Positions 35,951-46,742 of a stretch of DNA of 64,000 nucleotides are shown here, piece after piece. The notes under the pieces are model-generated. The model had not been told where the DNA came from. It was given only the letters and a program-made list of their open reading frames with translations, and did no database searches. A program made the translations under genes and the position numbers. The first letter of the stretch is position 1. The number at the start of each line of letters is the position of its first letter. The DNA is from Thermoproteota archaeon (GTDB taxonomy: Archaea; Thermoproteota; EX4484-205; JAAOZO01): assembly GCA_041479945.1 (NCBI GenBank), contig JBGOYZ010000001.1:563-64562 (forward strand). Direction: 5' to 3'.

Positions 35951-37018
35951 ATGCAGGACGAGGTCAGAACCGCTCTAGCGGCGAAAGTACCCCTAGAGAG
36001 AGGTGAGCACGTAAGAACGCTCCTCAAGGATCTGGGGGCTGTCGATCTGGATCTCGCGCCTGCAGTTGAGGGGAAGTACCTCTTGGTTCCAGTACTGAAT
36101 CCTCAAAGACTCGAGGAAAATGCCGAACTACATCTGCTGGAACTGGTCGAACGCAAGCTGAGGGTGAACCATCGTAGGCCAAGGAGTGTAAAGGAGGCCC
36201 TTCTTGGGAATCTTCAACCTGACATAGTGGGTCAGATCACAAAATCCTTCGACATCATAGGTGATGTGGCAGTGGTCTCCACCAAGGAAAGGATGTCGAG
36301 GTACAGAGAAAACGTGGTGAATGCGTTGCTTTCGGTTCACCCAAACATACGGCTGATCTTGGCCAAAGTTGCTCCGGTTTCAGGGGTTGAACGGGTAGCT
36401 TCATACGAACGATGGTACGGGTCAGGCACGACGGAAACACTGCACAGAGAACACGGCTGCGTCTACGGTTTGGACGTGACCAAGGTGTTCTTCACCCCTC
36501 GACTGTCAACGGAGAGAAAGCGGGTGGCATGCCTCGTTGAACCGAACGAGACTGTATGTGACCTCTTCGCCGGCGTAGGCCCATTCTCGGTGCTCATAGC
36601 CAGACTGCAACCCTCCTCGCACGTCAAGTCCTGTGACATCAGTCCTGAGGCTGTCACCTATTTGAAGAGGAACGTACGACTCAACGGAGTATCCGACAGG
36701 GTCGAGATCTTCCAAGGGGATGCTGCGCAGGTATCGCACAAGTTCCTGAGAGGTTTGTGTGACAGAGTGGTGATGAACCTGCCCAAACAGGCTGAACTGT
36801 ACTTGGCAGCAGCTACAGAGGCGCTCAGGGCCCGGGGGGGAACAATACACCTCTATCTGTTCCGGAAGGCCCCCCAAACCTTCGAGGAGAGGATCTCGCG
36901 CGCGACGGCTGGACTCGAATCGCTGGGTTGGAAAGATGTGGAGGTTTCATTTCACAGGAGAGTCCGCGAGATAGGTCCAAGAGAGTTCAACGAAGTCGCA
37001 GACATGAAGGTGTCATGA
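35951..37018 (+). CDS. trm5: tRNA (guanine37-N1)-methyltransferase Trm5 family (Trm5/Taw-like)
   Basis: Class I MTase: DLFAGVGPFSVLIA, DISPEAVTYLKRNVRLNGV, VVMNLP (NLP motif). Confidence 0.75.
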   Translation: MQDEVRTALAAKVPLERGEHVRTLLKDLGAVDLDLAPAVEGKYLLVPVLNPQRLEENAELHLLELVERKLRVNHRRPRSVKEALLGNLQPDIVGQITKSFDIIGDVAVVSTKERMSRYRENVVNALLSVHPNIRLILAKVAPVSGVERVASYERWYGSGTTETLHREHGCVYGLDVTKVFFTPRLSTERKRVACLVEPNETVCDLFAGVGPFSVLIARLQPSSHVKSCDISPEAVTYLKRNVRLNGVSDRVEIFQGDAAQVSHKFLRGLCDRVVMNLPKQAELYLAAATEALRARGGTIHLYLFRKAPQTFEERISRATAGLESLGWKDVEVSFHRRVREIGPREFNEVADMKVS

Positions 37019-37038
37019 GAACAGCCTGGGCGAGGTTC

Positions 37039-37500
37039 CTACTGGTCAGTGGACTTCGGATGGGCAGACGAAATAGGGAGCACGTCAAGCCTTATGGACA
37101 CAGAGTTGTTCGGCCTTGCGAGCTGGCGGGCCAGATCCCTGTTGATGTCTTTGGCCGCTTTGCTGGATAGGATTCCTATGGTGCGGCCATCAACATACGA
37201 GCTCCTTCTCACAACTATCGAGGTGCGATCGCAAAACACCATCTCCTTGGATCCAGCTGCCTCGACTACATCCCGCATTCCGGCGCATTCAACCGTGACA
37301 ATCAAGCGAGCACCAACACGCAACAAGGCCTTTAGTTCCGCGCTCAGTTCAGACGCAGACGTTGAGGCCCCTACAGCAAGTATGCAGTCGCCTCTTCTGG
37401 TCATATCGTTGTCCTTTGTGATCTCAATTGTGGTGGGATGTCTCAGGGTCACAAGTTCATGACCACGAGCTGTGATGGTCGCCGTTGCTGCGGGGCGCAA
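37039..37500 (-). CDS. Hypothetical protein (possibly DUF371-like)
   Basis: 153-aa archaeal-type small soluble protein. Weak resemblance only. Confidence 0.3.
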   Translation of the reverse strand: MRPAATATITARGHELVTLRHPTTIEITKDNDMTRRGDCILAVGASTSASELSAELKALLRVGARLIVTVECAGMRDVVEAAGSKEMVFCDRTSIVVRRSSYVDGRTIGILSSKAAKDINRDLARQLARPNNSVSIRLDVLPISSAHPKSTDQ

Positions 37501-37541
37501 GCTTAACCGATAAAACCTCAGCTGATGTATAAAAGGCGAGA

Positions 37542-38210
37542 TTGACCCGCTATGATGAGCAACGTAGTAGGATGGTTTCTTACCTCAAGTCGCTTGGCAT
37601 AATTACGTCGGAGAGAGTAGAGAGGGCCTTTCTGGTGATCCCTAGGGAAGAGTTCGTCCCCGAGGAAGTCAGAGACCAAGCCTACACAGATACGCCGCTG
37701 CCACTGATGAACACCGGTCAGACGATATCGGCTCCATCCATGCTTGCTTACATGGTTGAGGCTCTAGATCTGGAATCTCATCACAACGTCTTGGAGGTTG
37801 GGGCAGGGAGTGGCTACGGCGCAGCCGTGATGGCGGAGGTCATCAGCCCATCTTCTAGTGCCGGAATCAGCCACAAGATACACGCGATTGAGATAGACCC
37901 TCGTCTGGTCTCCTTCGCCAAGGGTAATCTCCAGAAGTGCGGGTGCTCAGATCGGGTAGACATCATACTCGGAGACGGTGCCCTGGGCTTGCCCGAGGAG
38001 TCGCCTTTCGACAGGATAATGGTATCGGCAGCAGCCACAAGCGTCCCAAGACCACTAACGGATCAACTTGCCGACGGTGGGACAATGGTGATCCCGGTTG
38101 GCGGCAGTTCTTGGTCTCAGGAACTGCATCTGGTGCGCAGAAGTGGCACCGAAATCACAGAGGAATACATGATGGACGTCATATTTGTTCCGCTGAGAGA
38201 GGGTCCATGA
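37542..38210 (+). CDS. pcm: Protein-L-isoaspartate O-methyltransferase
   Basis: VLEVGAGSGYGAAVMAEV SAM motif, and overall length and order typical of PCMT. Confidence 0.85.
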   Translation: MTRYDEQRSRMVSYLKSLGIITSERVERAFLVIPREEFVPEEVRDQAYTDTPLPLMNTGQTISAPSMLAYMVEALDLESHHNVLEVGAGSGYGAAVMAEVISPSSSAGISHKIHAIEIDPRLVSFAKGNLQKCGCSDRVDIILGDGALGLPEESPFDRIMVSAAATSVPRPLTDQLADGGTMVIPVGGSSWSQELHLVRRSGTEITEEYMMDVIFVPLREGP

Positions 38211-38213
38211 GTT

Positions 38214-39239
38214 CTATCTCTCGATGAACCTAGCTAGACCAGACCTCTTTGCTTCAATCCTCTGAATTGTTGCATCTAGGGTTTTCGTCACTCTCTCTTC
38301 GGAAAAGGAGTATTCCTTCACGAGAAGAGAGACCACTCCATCTTTGTCAATAGGCTGGAAGTCTAGGGACTTGACCTCGGCGACAGGAGGATTCATGAAG
38401 AAAGCAACTATCCGATCTAGGTTCTCGGGAACTACAGCACCTCTTTCCTTGTATGTCTCTTCGAGTTTCGCTCCTCCGGCCACCAGAGCAAGAGCCTTCT
38501 TCGCTCCTAGACCCTTAACCCCCTCACAGTAATCCGTTCCAACCAGAATGGCGATGTCAATGAGTTGGCTTCTTGAGATTCCCAAGTCTTGGGTCGTTCT
38601 GTCAATATCCACTAGCTCCGGCTTGACTTCGACATACGCCCTGCGCCCTGGAAGCTTCCTTCTGCCCGTGACACCTAAATTCCTGACCAGCTTCGGAGCT
38701 CCAAAGAGCGCGGAGTCATAGTCTTGGCTGGCCGCCGCGAACACTAGCCCCACTTTCGCCAAGTGAGCAGCCTGCGCTTCTCCCTCGGACGGGGCCTGAA
38801 TGCACGGAATACCCATCAGCCCGAGCAGTTGTTTTGAACTCTCTCGGATGTAGTCATTTACCCGCGCTGTGGCTTGAGCGTACTTCCTAGCGCCTTCAAG
38901 GTCACCAGTTCTGAGGGCGTGATCGTATTTCTCTTGGGCCTGTTTCTTTCTCTCCTTGCGCTCCTCCACCTCTTGCCTCTTGAACTTCGGTGGTTCCCCG
39001 TCAAGGACGAAAGCTGGCCAGATATCGTTCGAGAGGAGGTTGCAGACTCTGTAAAACAGTCCCGATAGGTGGCTGGTAATCCTTCCACTGCTGTCAGCCA
39101 AAGGCTTACCATCGGCCCCCCTTATTATGGACAGAAACTGATACAGGATGTTGTACCCGTCAACGGCAACGACCTTTGACCTGAGTCTATCGAAGGTTAT
39201 CTCTTCTCTGGTCAATATGCTCCCTATGTCTACACCCAA
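38214..39239 (-). CDS. fen: Flap endonuclease FEN-1
   Basis: MGVDIG...VAVDGYNILYQFL N-terminal nuclease motif, 341 aa. An H3TH region is present. Confidence 0.9.
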   Translation of the reverse strand: MGVDIGSILTREEITFDRLRSKVVAVDGYNILYQFLSIIRGADGKPLADSSGRITSHLSGLFYRVCNLLSNDIWPAFVLDGEPPKFKRQEVEERKERKKQAQEKYDHALRTGDLEGARKYAQATARVNDYIRESSKQLLGLMGIPCIQAPSEGEAQAAHLAKVGLVFAAASQDYDSALFGAPKLVRNLGVTGRRKLPGRRAYVEVKPELVDIDRTTQDLGISRSQLIDIAILVGTDYCEGVKGLGAKKALALVAGGAKLEETYKERGAVVPENLDRIVAFFMNPPVAEVKSLDFQPIDKDGVVSLLVKEYSFSEERVTKTLDATIQRIEAKRSGLARFIER

Positions 39240-39269
39240 GGTACAATCTACGATTTCAGTTTGTGGGTA

Positions 39270-39509
39270 TTAATCAGTTCCGGGGCCGCCCGTTCCCAGA
39301 AGTTCGATCCTGATATCTTTCTTCGACAATCTTATAGTGACTATCAAACCCATTATCTCGAACTTGATCAGCGTGCTCATCAAATCCTTCTCGGACGTGT
39401 CAGGATAAGTCTTCCTTACTTCTCTGAGCAGATCTTCGAACTGGACGGCCTTCTTGACCTTCAGTATCTCTAGGATCTCCGACTTCAGCAGAGGTGCTTC
39501 ATTGCTCAT
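39270..39509 (-). CDS. Hypothetical small protein (79 aa)
   Basis: Co-oriented with and overlapping the ef1b stop by 4 nt. Possible winged-helix-like composition. Confidence 0.3.
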   Translation of the reverse strand: MSNEAPLLKSEILEILKVKKAVQFEDLLREVRKTYPDTSEKDLMSTLIKFEIMGLIVTIRLSKKDIRIELLGTGGPGTD

Positions 39510-39793
39510 TGCGGCCTACCCACATTGACGAATCTCCTCACGTTCTCCACAGATATCTCCCCAACACCTGCCAGCGACCTTATCCTATCCTCGTATTCTT
39601 GGCTTACTCCGTCCTTCTCCGGGGCCGTCAGATCAACCACCAGAGCTTCAATACCATAGCCGATGTATTCTCTGCCGCGGGAAATCACTTGCTCCTCAGG
39701 GAACGCGGACCTTAGTGCCTGTAGCAGATTGTCCAAGTTAACGTCAACGCCGGTCGGTAATACCTTCACGGTCATGATGACCTTCCTCTCCAT
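39506..39793 (-). CDS. ef1b: Elongation factor 1-beta (aEF1B)
   Basis: 95 aa: VKVLPTGVDVNLDNLLQALR...GIEALVVDL...VGEISVENV. Family-typical. Confidence 0.85.
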   Translation of the reverse strand: MERKVIMTVKVLPTGVDVNLDNLLQALRSAFPEEQVISRGREYIGYGIEALVVDLTAPEKDGVSQEYEDRIRSLAGVGEISVENVRRFVNVGRPQ

Positions 39794-39805
39794 ATCTCCA
39801 TCGCC

Positions 39806-39967
39806 TCATGGCCCAACGAAACCGCATTTGGGGCATGCATACTGCCTGACGAACTTTCTGTCTTTCTCACCTCTCCATATTGCGACCTCTCCGCAGTTGA
39901 AGCACATGAACTTCACGTACCTCTCATGCGGGTCGAGGGGCTTGTTTGAAGAAGTTCCCCTAGGCAT
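39806..39967 (-). CDS. COG2888-type zinc-ribbon protein (conserved EF1B partner)
   Basis: Hand-translated 53 aa: MPRGTSSNKPLDPHERYVKFMCFNCGEVAIWRGEKDRKFVRQYACPKCGFVGP. C-x2-C...C-x2-C ribbon. The position immediately upstream of ef1b matches the conserved archaeal arrangement. Not in the ORF track. Confidence 0.6.
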   Translation of the reverse strand: MPRGTSSNKPLDPHERYVKFMCFNCGEVAIWRGEKDRKFVRQYACPKCGFVGP

Positions 39968-39988
39968 TGCCGGGCGGTCTAAGACTTC

Positions 39989-41152
39989 CTATTTAAACAA
40001 TCCGGTTATGAGATGATGAGCAACTCTAATCCCGATTGGCAGCAAGTTGACATTCGGTGTGATAGTCCGAAGTGCCTTCTTCAGATCCCCGTGGAAATCG
40101 AAATCAACCGTCTCTAGGTATTTCGTCAGTCTCTCACCAGTCGTGACCGTCGTCATCGCTTCCATCACAAGCTGAGGGCCTACGGAATCCAGCAGCTTCC
40201 TGATCGTCCTAATCTTTCGAAGTTGAGACACCAAAGCTTCCGAGGATTTCATCGCCTCAAGGGAGGTTCCTTTCAGTTCTTGGATAATTGTCTCGGCCGT
40301 GGCCCTTCCTGACAAGGCTCCAAACAGTATTCCCCCCCCAGTTGTGGCCTTTGACATCCCTGCCTCGTCTCCCACGGTGAAAACATTTCCCCTCCTGATT
40401 CTGGGGATGGGCCCCCCTGTCCAGATCCCCCACAGACTCGGCCTTCCGGACAACTCCGCCCCCTCTTTCTTGGCCATGAGCCGGACGGAACTCAGCACAT
40501 CCGTCCTCTTGGAGGCGACACCGATCCTACAGTGCTCTTCGTCGATAGGTACAACGTATCCGAAGAACTCCGGGGAGATCTTGTCGCTCAGGTATACAGA
40601 GGCGACAGTCGGATCTGCATGCTTCTTTGCGATGCATTGGGCGGACATCAGCAAATGGGAGTTGTCCCTTGTCAAGCCCAACCGGTAACCTAGGTCATCC
40701 GCAATTCCTCCCGCCAGCACGGCGTATTCTGCGCTGTGTGTACGTGCAGACTCGTCAACCACGATCGGATGGTCAACTTCCCTTACGGACACCGCCTTCT
40801 TCGACCTGACCAACTGAACTCCCTCTGCTTCGCACAAATCCGCAAGATGTTCATCGAACCTCTCCCTCGATATCACCTTCGCGACGGGGCGGCTTGATCT
40901 CACGACGATTTCTTTGGTCCCGTCCGTGAATCTGAAACCGTACAAGTCGTTCAACTCAATGGAAGATGGCGACGGGATGCGAATCTTCTCACCGTAGTCA
41001 GCTGAGACAACGCCTCCGCAGTGACATGGGGACCCAATGGTGTCGTGTTCCTCTAAGACCGTGACAGCCACGCCTGCCTTGGCTAGCGTCATTGCTGACA
41101 CCATTCCGCTTACGCCGCCACCAACGACAACGACGGTCGACGCGTCGGACAT
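39989..41152 (-). CDS. Geranylgeranyl reductase family flavoprotein
   Basis: N-terminal FAD-binding VVVVGGGVSGMVSAMTLA plus the GGR-family CGG region (SPCHCGG). Confidence 0.8.
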   Translation of the reverse strand: MSDASTVVVVGGGVSGMVSAMTLAKAGVAVTVLEEHDTIGSPCHCGGVVSADYGEKIRIPSPSSIELNDLYGFRFTDGTKEIVVRSSRPVAKVISRERFDEHLADLCEAEGVQLVRSKKAVSVREVDHPIVVDESARTHSAEYAVLAGGIADDLGYRLGLTRDNSHLLMSAQCIAKKHADPTVASVYLSDKISPEFFGYVVPIDEEHCRIGVASKRTDVLSSVRLMAKKEGAELSGRPSLWGIWTGGPIPRIRRGNVFTVGDEAGMSKATTGGGILFGALSGRATAETIIQELKGTSLEAMKSSEALVSQLRKIRTIRKLLDSVGPQLVMEAMTTVTTGERLTKYLETVDFDFHGDLKKALRTITPNVNLLPIGIRVAHHLITGLFK

Positions 41153-41389
41153 TAGGTAAGATCGACCTCGCTGAGATTCCGATGGTGTGCCTTAAATGTT
41201 GTAGGCAGACTTCGGTGTCGCAAAGGGCTCCCAAAACAGACGGACTTCGTTCGCAACTCTGGAGGCAGTCCTATGAGAATCGCGCTAAGACCATCAGGGC
41301 ATCATATCGAGTCGTGGAGAATGCGTGCACTTTGGGCCTCGCCATCTTGGCCATCTGTCTTAAATTTGGATCCCCTGCAACAGAGGGCG

Positions 41390-42703
41390 ATGTCGCAACC
41401 AAAGCCCCCGGCACCATCACACCCTCTACGTCCTTTAGACTACCTGACGCTCAACGTCTACTGGTTCGCTCTATCATTCCTCTGGAATTCCATGGGACCC
41501 ATTCTGTTGCCTGCATTGGTTTCGCTCTCGGTGGTTGAATCACAGAGGGGCGGAGCCCTTGGTCTGATCTCGGCTCTCGGGCTGGTAGTCGCCATTGTGG
41601 TACAGCCCGCAGCAGGGGCGTGGAGTGACACTCATGTAACGCGTTGGGGGCGCAGGCGTCCCTACTTGGTTGGTGGTACATTGTTTGATGTGATCTTCTT
41701 GCTGGCAATGGCGTTCTCGGGCAACTACGTGTTGCTCGTCGTCGCTTACCTTCTCTTACAGACTTCATCCAACATAGCTCATGGACCCTATCAGGGCTAC
41801 ATACCCGATTTGGTGCCGGAAGCCAAGCGCGGTGCTGTAACTGGCGTAAAGCAGTTGTTGGAGATGATCGGAATAGTCGTCACTTCGTTGGTAATGGGCT
41901 ACCTAGTCGGGCAGGGTCAGATACTGATGTCATTCCTCGCAATCATTCTCTGTCTGTTGGTCTGCATGGCGATTACCGCGTTGTTCGTGACGGAACAACC
42001 CTTTGACGGAGCGCTCAAAATCGAACCCGAGAAGTCGACGCCACAACCCCACCACGATTCGGCACGGGACATATTGACCTCGCTCTTCCACAGCCGTGAT
42101 TTCTTCCTCTGGCTAGTCTCGCGCCTTCTGATCTTGGTTGGCGCCAACTTGGTACGCAACTACGCGCTCTACTTTTTCATGGATGTTCTGGGTCTGCCGA
42201 ATCCAGCCGGAGCGGTCGGGGGATTGCTAGCTGTCATTGCGGTGAGCATTGCGATAGTCGTTTACCCTTCGGGGGCACTGAGCGATCGCTGGGGGAGGAA
42301 GTGGTTGGTGGTTCTCTCCGGCGTGTTGGGGGCGATTGGGGCGCTGTTGCTGATGACCGCCACGACGCAGGAGCAGGTGTTGATGTACGGCGGTATCATC
42401 GGAGTGAGCGCTGGGATATTTCTGAGCGTTAACTGGGCTTGGGGCGCGGATCTGATACCACCCGGAACTGGGGGGCGCTACCTCGGCATATCGAACCTCG
42501 CCACGGCTGGATCGGGAGTGTTAGCAGGTGCAGGCGGGTTCATGCTGGACTACTTCAACGCACAATCTCACAACATGGGTTACACGGTCCTCTATCTGTC
42601 TGCGGCGGTCTGCTACGTACTCGGAACCATCTTGGTGTTGGGGATCAGAGACGCTGGGGGAAGACAGCTGGTTGCGCCACGCCAGAGGAAAGAGAACCGT
42701 TAA
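41390..42703 (+). CDS. MFS transporter
   Basis: 12 predicted TM helices. MFS loop motif GALSDRWGRKW. The track start at 41273 is probably upstream of the real start (MSQPKPP...). Confidence 0.75.
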   Translation: MSQPKPPAPSHPLRPLDYLTLNVYWFALSFLWNSMGPILLPALVSLSVVESQRGGALGLISALGLVVAIVVQPAAGAWSDTHVTRWGRRRPYLVGGTLFDVIFLLAMAFSGNYVLLVVAYLLLQTSSNIAHGPYQGYIPDLVPEAKRGAVTGVKQLLEMIGIVVTSLVMGYLVGQGQILMSFLAIILCLLVCMAITALFVTEQPFDGALKIEPEKSTPQPHHDSARDILTSLFHSRDFFLWLVSRLLILVGANLVRNYALYFFMDVLGLPNPAGAVGGLLAVIAVSIAIVVYPSGALSDRWGRKWLVVLSGVLGAIGALLLMTATTQEQVLMYGGIIGVSAGIFLSVNWAWGADLIPPGTGGRYLGISNLATAGSGVLAGAGGFMLDYFNAQSHNMGYTVLYLSAAVCYVLGTILVLGIRDAGGRQLVAPRQRKENR

Positions 42704-42742
42704 GAGAGGGAGGAATGCCGGAGTAAGCAGGTAGGGGAAGAC

Positions 42743-43105
42743 ATGGAATTTGAGTACAAGCAGTGCATTGTCGTAAGATCTGACCTAGCGATGTCCATAG
42801 GGAAGACATCTGTACAGGTCGCACATGCTGCAGTGACTTCTGCGGCTGATGCAAGGACTCGGAAGCGAACATGGTATCGGGCTTGGGTCGATGAGGGACA
42901 AAAGAAAGTTGCACTGTCAGTCCAGTCGTTGGATGATCTATTGCGATTGGAGAAAAAGGCGCAATCGCTCAATCTTCCAACTGCGTTGATAGAAGACAGG
43001 GGCTTGACGGAGCTGCCGCCGGGCACGATCACTGCTCTTGGAATCGGTCCTGCGCCTTCTGGCATCGTCGACAAAGTCACCAGCAATCTCCCTCTGTTGA
43101 AATGA
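42743..43105 (+). CDS. pth2: Peptidyl-tRNA hydrolase (archaeal Pth2)
   Basis: 120 aa: [26 protein letters not shown]...TALGIGP. Pth2 family. Confidence 0.85.
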   Translation: MEFEYKQCIVVRSDLAMSIGKTSVQVAHAAVTSAADARTRKRTWYRAWVDEGQKKVALSVQSLDDLLRLEKKAQSLNLPTALIEDRGLTELPPGTITALGIGPAPSGIVDKVTSNLPLLK

Positions 43106-44448
43106 TGGGAACGAGGCTACCAACTGATCCCGAAGGAGTAGTCGCGTGGTTAAGGGAGCGTGGCGCAGACAGACTGATAGGCATGGAGACTCAGTCTTGT
43201 GATACTTCATCCAGACTGAAGGGCAGGATACGCGAAACGCCCGAAGATTTCTTCGTCTCAGAGGTTTTGAGAAGCGGGTCTGTGGCAACATCACTGACTT
43301 ACAGAATGAACGGTGAAGGAGACATCCCTGTGTATGTGTTGTCCAAGACAGATCTTGATACCATCACTGCAATCAGGGAGTTCTCCACGGCGCTCGGGTT
43401 GAAGCCATGGGAAGTGAAACACCTCGGGCTTAAGGACAGGCGAGCCGTGACCTACCAGTTCATATTCCCGACTAGCTTCCGCGGGACGCCCCCTCCAAAG
43501 CTGCACGGTGGGAAATGGGAGGCAAGCATATACTCAATGCTGGGGAGGCCATTGAGACCTCTAGACTTGTGCGGAAACCTTTTCTGGATACTGATCAGGC
43601 TTAGAGATCCCGTTCCGACGCCGGAACTCCAAGGCTTGCTGTCTGAGTTCACCCGCAGAGTATGCGAGACCGGGTTCCTGAATTTCTTCGGCCCCCAGCG
43701 TTTCGGAGGCAGGAGGCCGATCAATCACGTGGCAGGATATCTAATCGCTAGGCGCGACTATGATGCGGCGGCGGAGGTCATATTGGGTACTCCTTCCGGT
43801 TCCGATGATGAAGTGCTGCGTCGAGCAAGAACCAGCTTCCTCGAGGGTGAAAGACGCAGGGAGCTTCAAACCCTAGCTCGTTCGCCTTTCATTCTGGAGC
43901 GATCTTTGGTGAAGAACCTCGTCCGGTACGAAGGAGACAGCAGGGAATCAATACTAAAACTCCCGTCATACCTCCTGAGATTTCTGCTGGAATCTTTCTC
44001 CGCATTCCTCTTCAATCTCGCGGTCAGCCGAATGAAGGGCGGACTCCTGAGCTGGAAAGCCCAAGAGGGTATGCTGTACGTACCTCTCGACGATCGGGCA
44101 AGCCCCCTCACCATATGCGTGAGGGCTACTCCCTCCTCTCTCGGGACAATAGAGGATGATCTCAACAAGCGAAAGGCAGTTCCAGCGGTAGTGTGTCCGG
44201 GCTTCTTGGTGAAGAGGGCTCTGGCAAAGGAGTTGGGACAGATCATGGCCGAACTGGGGGTGAGTTGTAGTTCCTTTTACCTTAGGGAGCGGCCGGAGGC
44301 CGGATACCCGGGTCAGATCCGTGCCGCCGTGACAATCCCTAGGACCATCTCAGCTGCACCAACTGGCAGCCAATCGGTTTTCCTCCGTTTCTTCTTGCCT
44401 AGGTCAAGCTACGCAACCGTTCTGCTGAGAGAGCTGCTAGCCAGATAG
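43102..44448 (+). CDS. truD: tRNA pseudouridine synthase TruD (Pus7)
   Basis: [11 protein letters not shown] contains the catalytic Asp motif of TruD. 448 aa. Confidence 0.8.
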   Translation: MMGTRLPTDPEGVVAWLRERGADRLIGMETQSCDTSSRLKGRIRETPEDFFVSEVLRSGSVATSLTYRMNGEGDIPVYVLSKTDLDTITAIREFSTALGLKPWEVKHLGLKDRRAVTYQFIFPTSFRGTPPPKLHGGKWEASIYSMLGRPLRPLDLCGNLFWILIRLRDPVPTPELQGLLSEFTRRVCETGFLNFFGPQRFGGRRPINHVAGYLIARRDYDAAAEVILGTPSGSDDEVLRRARTSFLEGERRRELQTLARSPFILERSLVKNLVRYEGDSRESILKLPSYLLRFLLESFSAFLFNLAVSRMKGGLLSWKAQEGMLYVPLDDRASPLTICVRATPSSLGTIEDDLNKRKAVPAVVCPGFLVKRALAKELGQIMAELGVSCSSFYLRERPEAGYPGQIRAAVTIPRTISAAPTGSQSVFLRFFLPRSSYATVLLRELLAR

Positions 44449-44488
44449 CCGTCTCGGTGGGCGTCACGCAGGCTTAATATCACGGTGA

Positions 44489-46027
44489 TTGCGACGAGTT
44501 CCGCTTACTGGCATGGGCGAAGAGACAAAGAAGAGCATAAGGGAAAGCTTGAGCGACCTGGCCAAGAGGAGGGGGCTTTTCTGGCAACCCTACGAACTGT
44601 ACGGAGGGCTTCGCGGGACCATTGCGATCGGACCGGTCGGGTTCTTAATGAAACGCAGAATAGAAGATCTTTGGCTCGAGTCCTTTGCGGAGAGATTCGG
44701 GCTCATGACCCTAGAATCACCCATTCTGGGGCCACGCGACGTGTACGTTGCATCAGGGCATGAGGGAAGCTTCGTTGACAAAGCCGCAACATGCAGTTCA
44801 TGCGGAGCCGTCTGGAGAATAGACCAACTGCTGTCCGAGGAATACGACTTGCAGAACGCGGAACTCTTGGACCTTGAACAGCTAGAAAAAGAGATGGTAA
44901 GCAAGGGTGTGACCTGCCCCAACTGCAAGGGAAAGTTGGGCAAGCCCTTCTTGGCGCCGCTCATGGTAACCGCTAGTCTTGGCTTTGCGCAGGGCGCCCA
45001 GTCATACCTGAGACCAGAGACGGCACAGGGCATTTTCACAGAGTTTAGGCGGCTGTACAAGATCGGTCGACAGACGTTGCCTTTCGGGGTTGCACAGATA
45101 GGCAAAGTATTCAGGAACGAAATATCCCCGAGGCAGGGATTGCTTCGGCTAAGAGAGTTCACCATAATGGAGCTAGAGATGTTCGTGGATCCCGAGGCGA
45201 AGCTGGAGATCGATCGAGAACTCGGTCCTATCGTTTTGCCGTTGCTCACAGAGAAGACCCAGATGTCAGGCTCCGACGAAATCTTCAAGACCACTTTGTC
45301 AAACGCCATCGGTGATGGAACGTTCTCAAACGACTGGGTGGGCGTGTTCATAGCCACTGCCTTAGAGTTCTTCTCATCACTCGGCATAGACCGGTCAAAG
45401 GTTAGGTTCAGAGAGAAGTTGCCCGAGGAGAGAGCCCACTACGCGAAACAGCTGTTCGACGCCGAAGTCTGGTTGGATGGGTATGGCTGGACGGAATTGG
45501 CTGGGTTCGCATACAGGACAGACTACGACCTGAAGGGGCACATGAAAAAGACTGGGGAAAATCTGGGGGTAACACTCGGTGATGGGCGGCAAGTGGTACC
45601 GCATGTAGTGGAGCCGAGCTTCGGTGCGGAGCGAGTTCTCTACGCTGCTCTTGAATACGGTCTGAGGGAACGGGAGGGTTCAGCCTATCTCTCTTTGCCC
45701 CCGAAGATAGCCCCCAAAGATGTCTCCGTCTTTCCTCTCATGGATAGAGCCGAGCTGTCAAGCGCCGCCAAGGAGGTTCTGCTGCTCCTGAAACGCGCCA
45801 GATTCCTCTGCAACTACGACGAATCGGGGTCGATCGGGAGAAGATACGCACGCTCTGATGAGATAGGTATCCCTCTAGCGATTACCATAGACTACAAGAC
45901 GCTCGAGGACAAATCTGTGACCATAAGGGATCGAGATACCCGGGAACAACAGCGCTCGCCGGTGAACGAGTTGCCGAGCAGAATAAGCTTAAGGCTCAAC
46001 GCCCAATGGGCTAACCCTCAAGTTTAA
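44489..46027 (+). CDS. glyS: Glycine--tRNA ligase (archaeal/eukaryotic alpha2 type)
   Basis: Class II motifs: FRNEISPRQGLLRLREFTIMELEMF and VVEPSFGAERVLYAALE. C-terminal anticodon-binding domain. Confidence 0.85.
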   Translation: MRRVPLTGMGEETKKSIRESLSDLAKRRGLFWQPYELYGGLRGTIAIGPVGFLMKRRIEDLWLESFAERFGLMTLESPILGPRDVYVASGHEGSFVDKAATCSSCGAVWRIDQLLSEEYDLQNAELLDLEQLEKEMVSKGVTCPNCKGKLGKPFLAPLMVTASLGFAQGAQSYLRPETAQGIFTEFRRLYKIGRQTLPFGVAQIGKVFRNEISPRQGLLRLREFTIMELEMFVDPEAKLEIDRELGPIVLPLLTEKTQMSGSDEIFKTTLSNAIGDGTFSNDWVGVFIATALEFFSSLGIDRSKVRFREKLPEERAHYAKQLFDAEVWLDGYGWTELAGFAYRTDYDLKGHMKKTGENLGVTLGDGRQVVPHVVEPSFGAERVLYAALEYGLREREGSAYLSLPPKIAPKDVSVFPLMDRAELSSAAKEVLLLLKRARFLCNYDESGSIGRRYARSDEIGIPLAITIDYKTLEDKSVTIRDRDTREQQRSPVNELPSRISLRLNAQWANPQV

Positions 46028-46068
46028 TCTTATAACTCTCCTCCTCACACACAGATAGTGTATCGTAA

Positions 46069-46728
46069 TTGCTACCATCAGAAGCATCAGCCAAGCTCAG
46101 GCGGCAGGCCCTGAACCTGTGCCAAGAGCTGACCAGAGTGAGTCTGGACACAGTGAGGGGCCTTCACAACATGGTGATTGCCTTCGCCGAGGGGAAGGGC
46201 GCTGAAGTGGAATTCCACGGAAAGAAAGTGATGGAACTCAAAGACGAAGCGGCAAACCTGAAACGGTCTCTAACGGAAGAACTGATCTCCGCCGGAGCCA
46301 TCTTGTTCAGCAGGGAGGATTTCCTGAGACTCGCCGCCCCTCTGACGGAGATATCCGACAGGGCTGATGGCATAGCTTTCAGGCTTAGGGAGCTTTTCTC
46401 CAGGAAGCAACGACTCGAGAAGGGTGTGTTGGGCGCGATAAGGGAGCACTCCGCCGCAGTCCTTGAATGCGTTCTCAAGCTACGGGAGGTCACTTACTCT
46501 CTGAACTTCGACATAGCCAAGGTGGAATCGCTCGCCACCGCTGTGGAGTCTGCGGAGAGGACGGCAGATGAGAGCTACAGGAGGTTCATACTGAAGCTCA
46601 TTGACTCCAAAGTGGACATTCCGACATTGGTGCTTATGAAGGATGTGGCAGAGATGTTGGAGGAAATCGCTGACAAGACCGAGGACGCTGCCGATGCGTC
46701 TAGGATGTTGGCATTGAGCGTGCTATAG
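46069..46728 (+). CDS. DUF47 / PhoU-like (TIGR00153) protein
   Basis: 219-aa all-helical protein with the DUF47-type repeat pattern. Confidence 0.55.
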   Translation: MLPSEASAKLRRQALNLCQELTRVSLDTVRGLHNMVIAFAEGKGAEVEFHGKKVMELKDEAANLKRSLTEELISAGAILFSREDFLRLAAPLTEISDRADGIAFRLRELFSRKQRLEKGVLGAIREHSAAVLECVLKLREVTYSLNFDIAKVESLATAVESAERTADESYRRFILKLIDSKVDIPTLVLMKDVAEMLEEIADKTEDAADASRMLALSVL

Positions 46729-46742
46729 GAGGTGCCGAGCCT

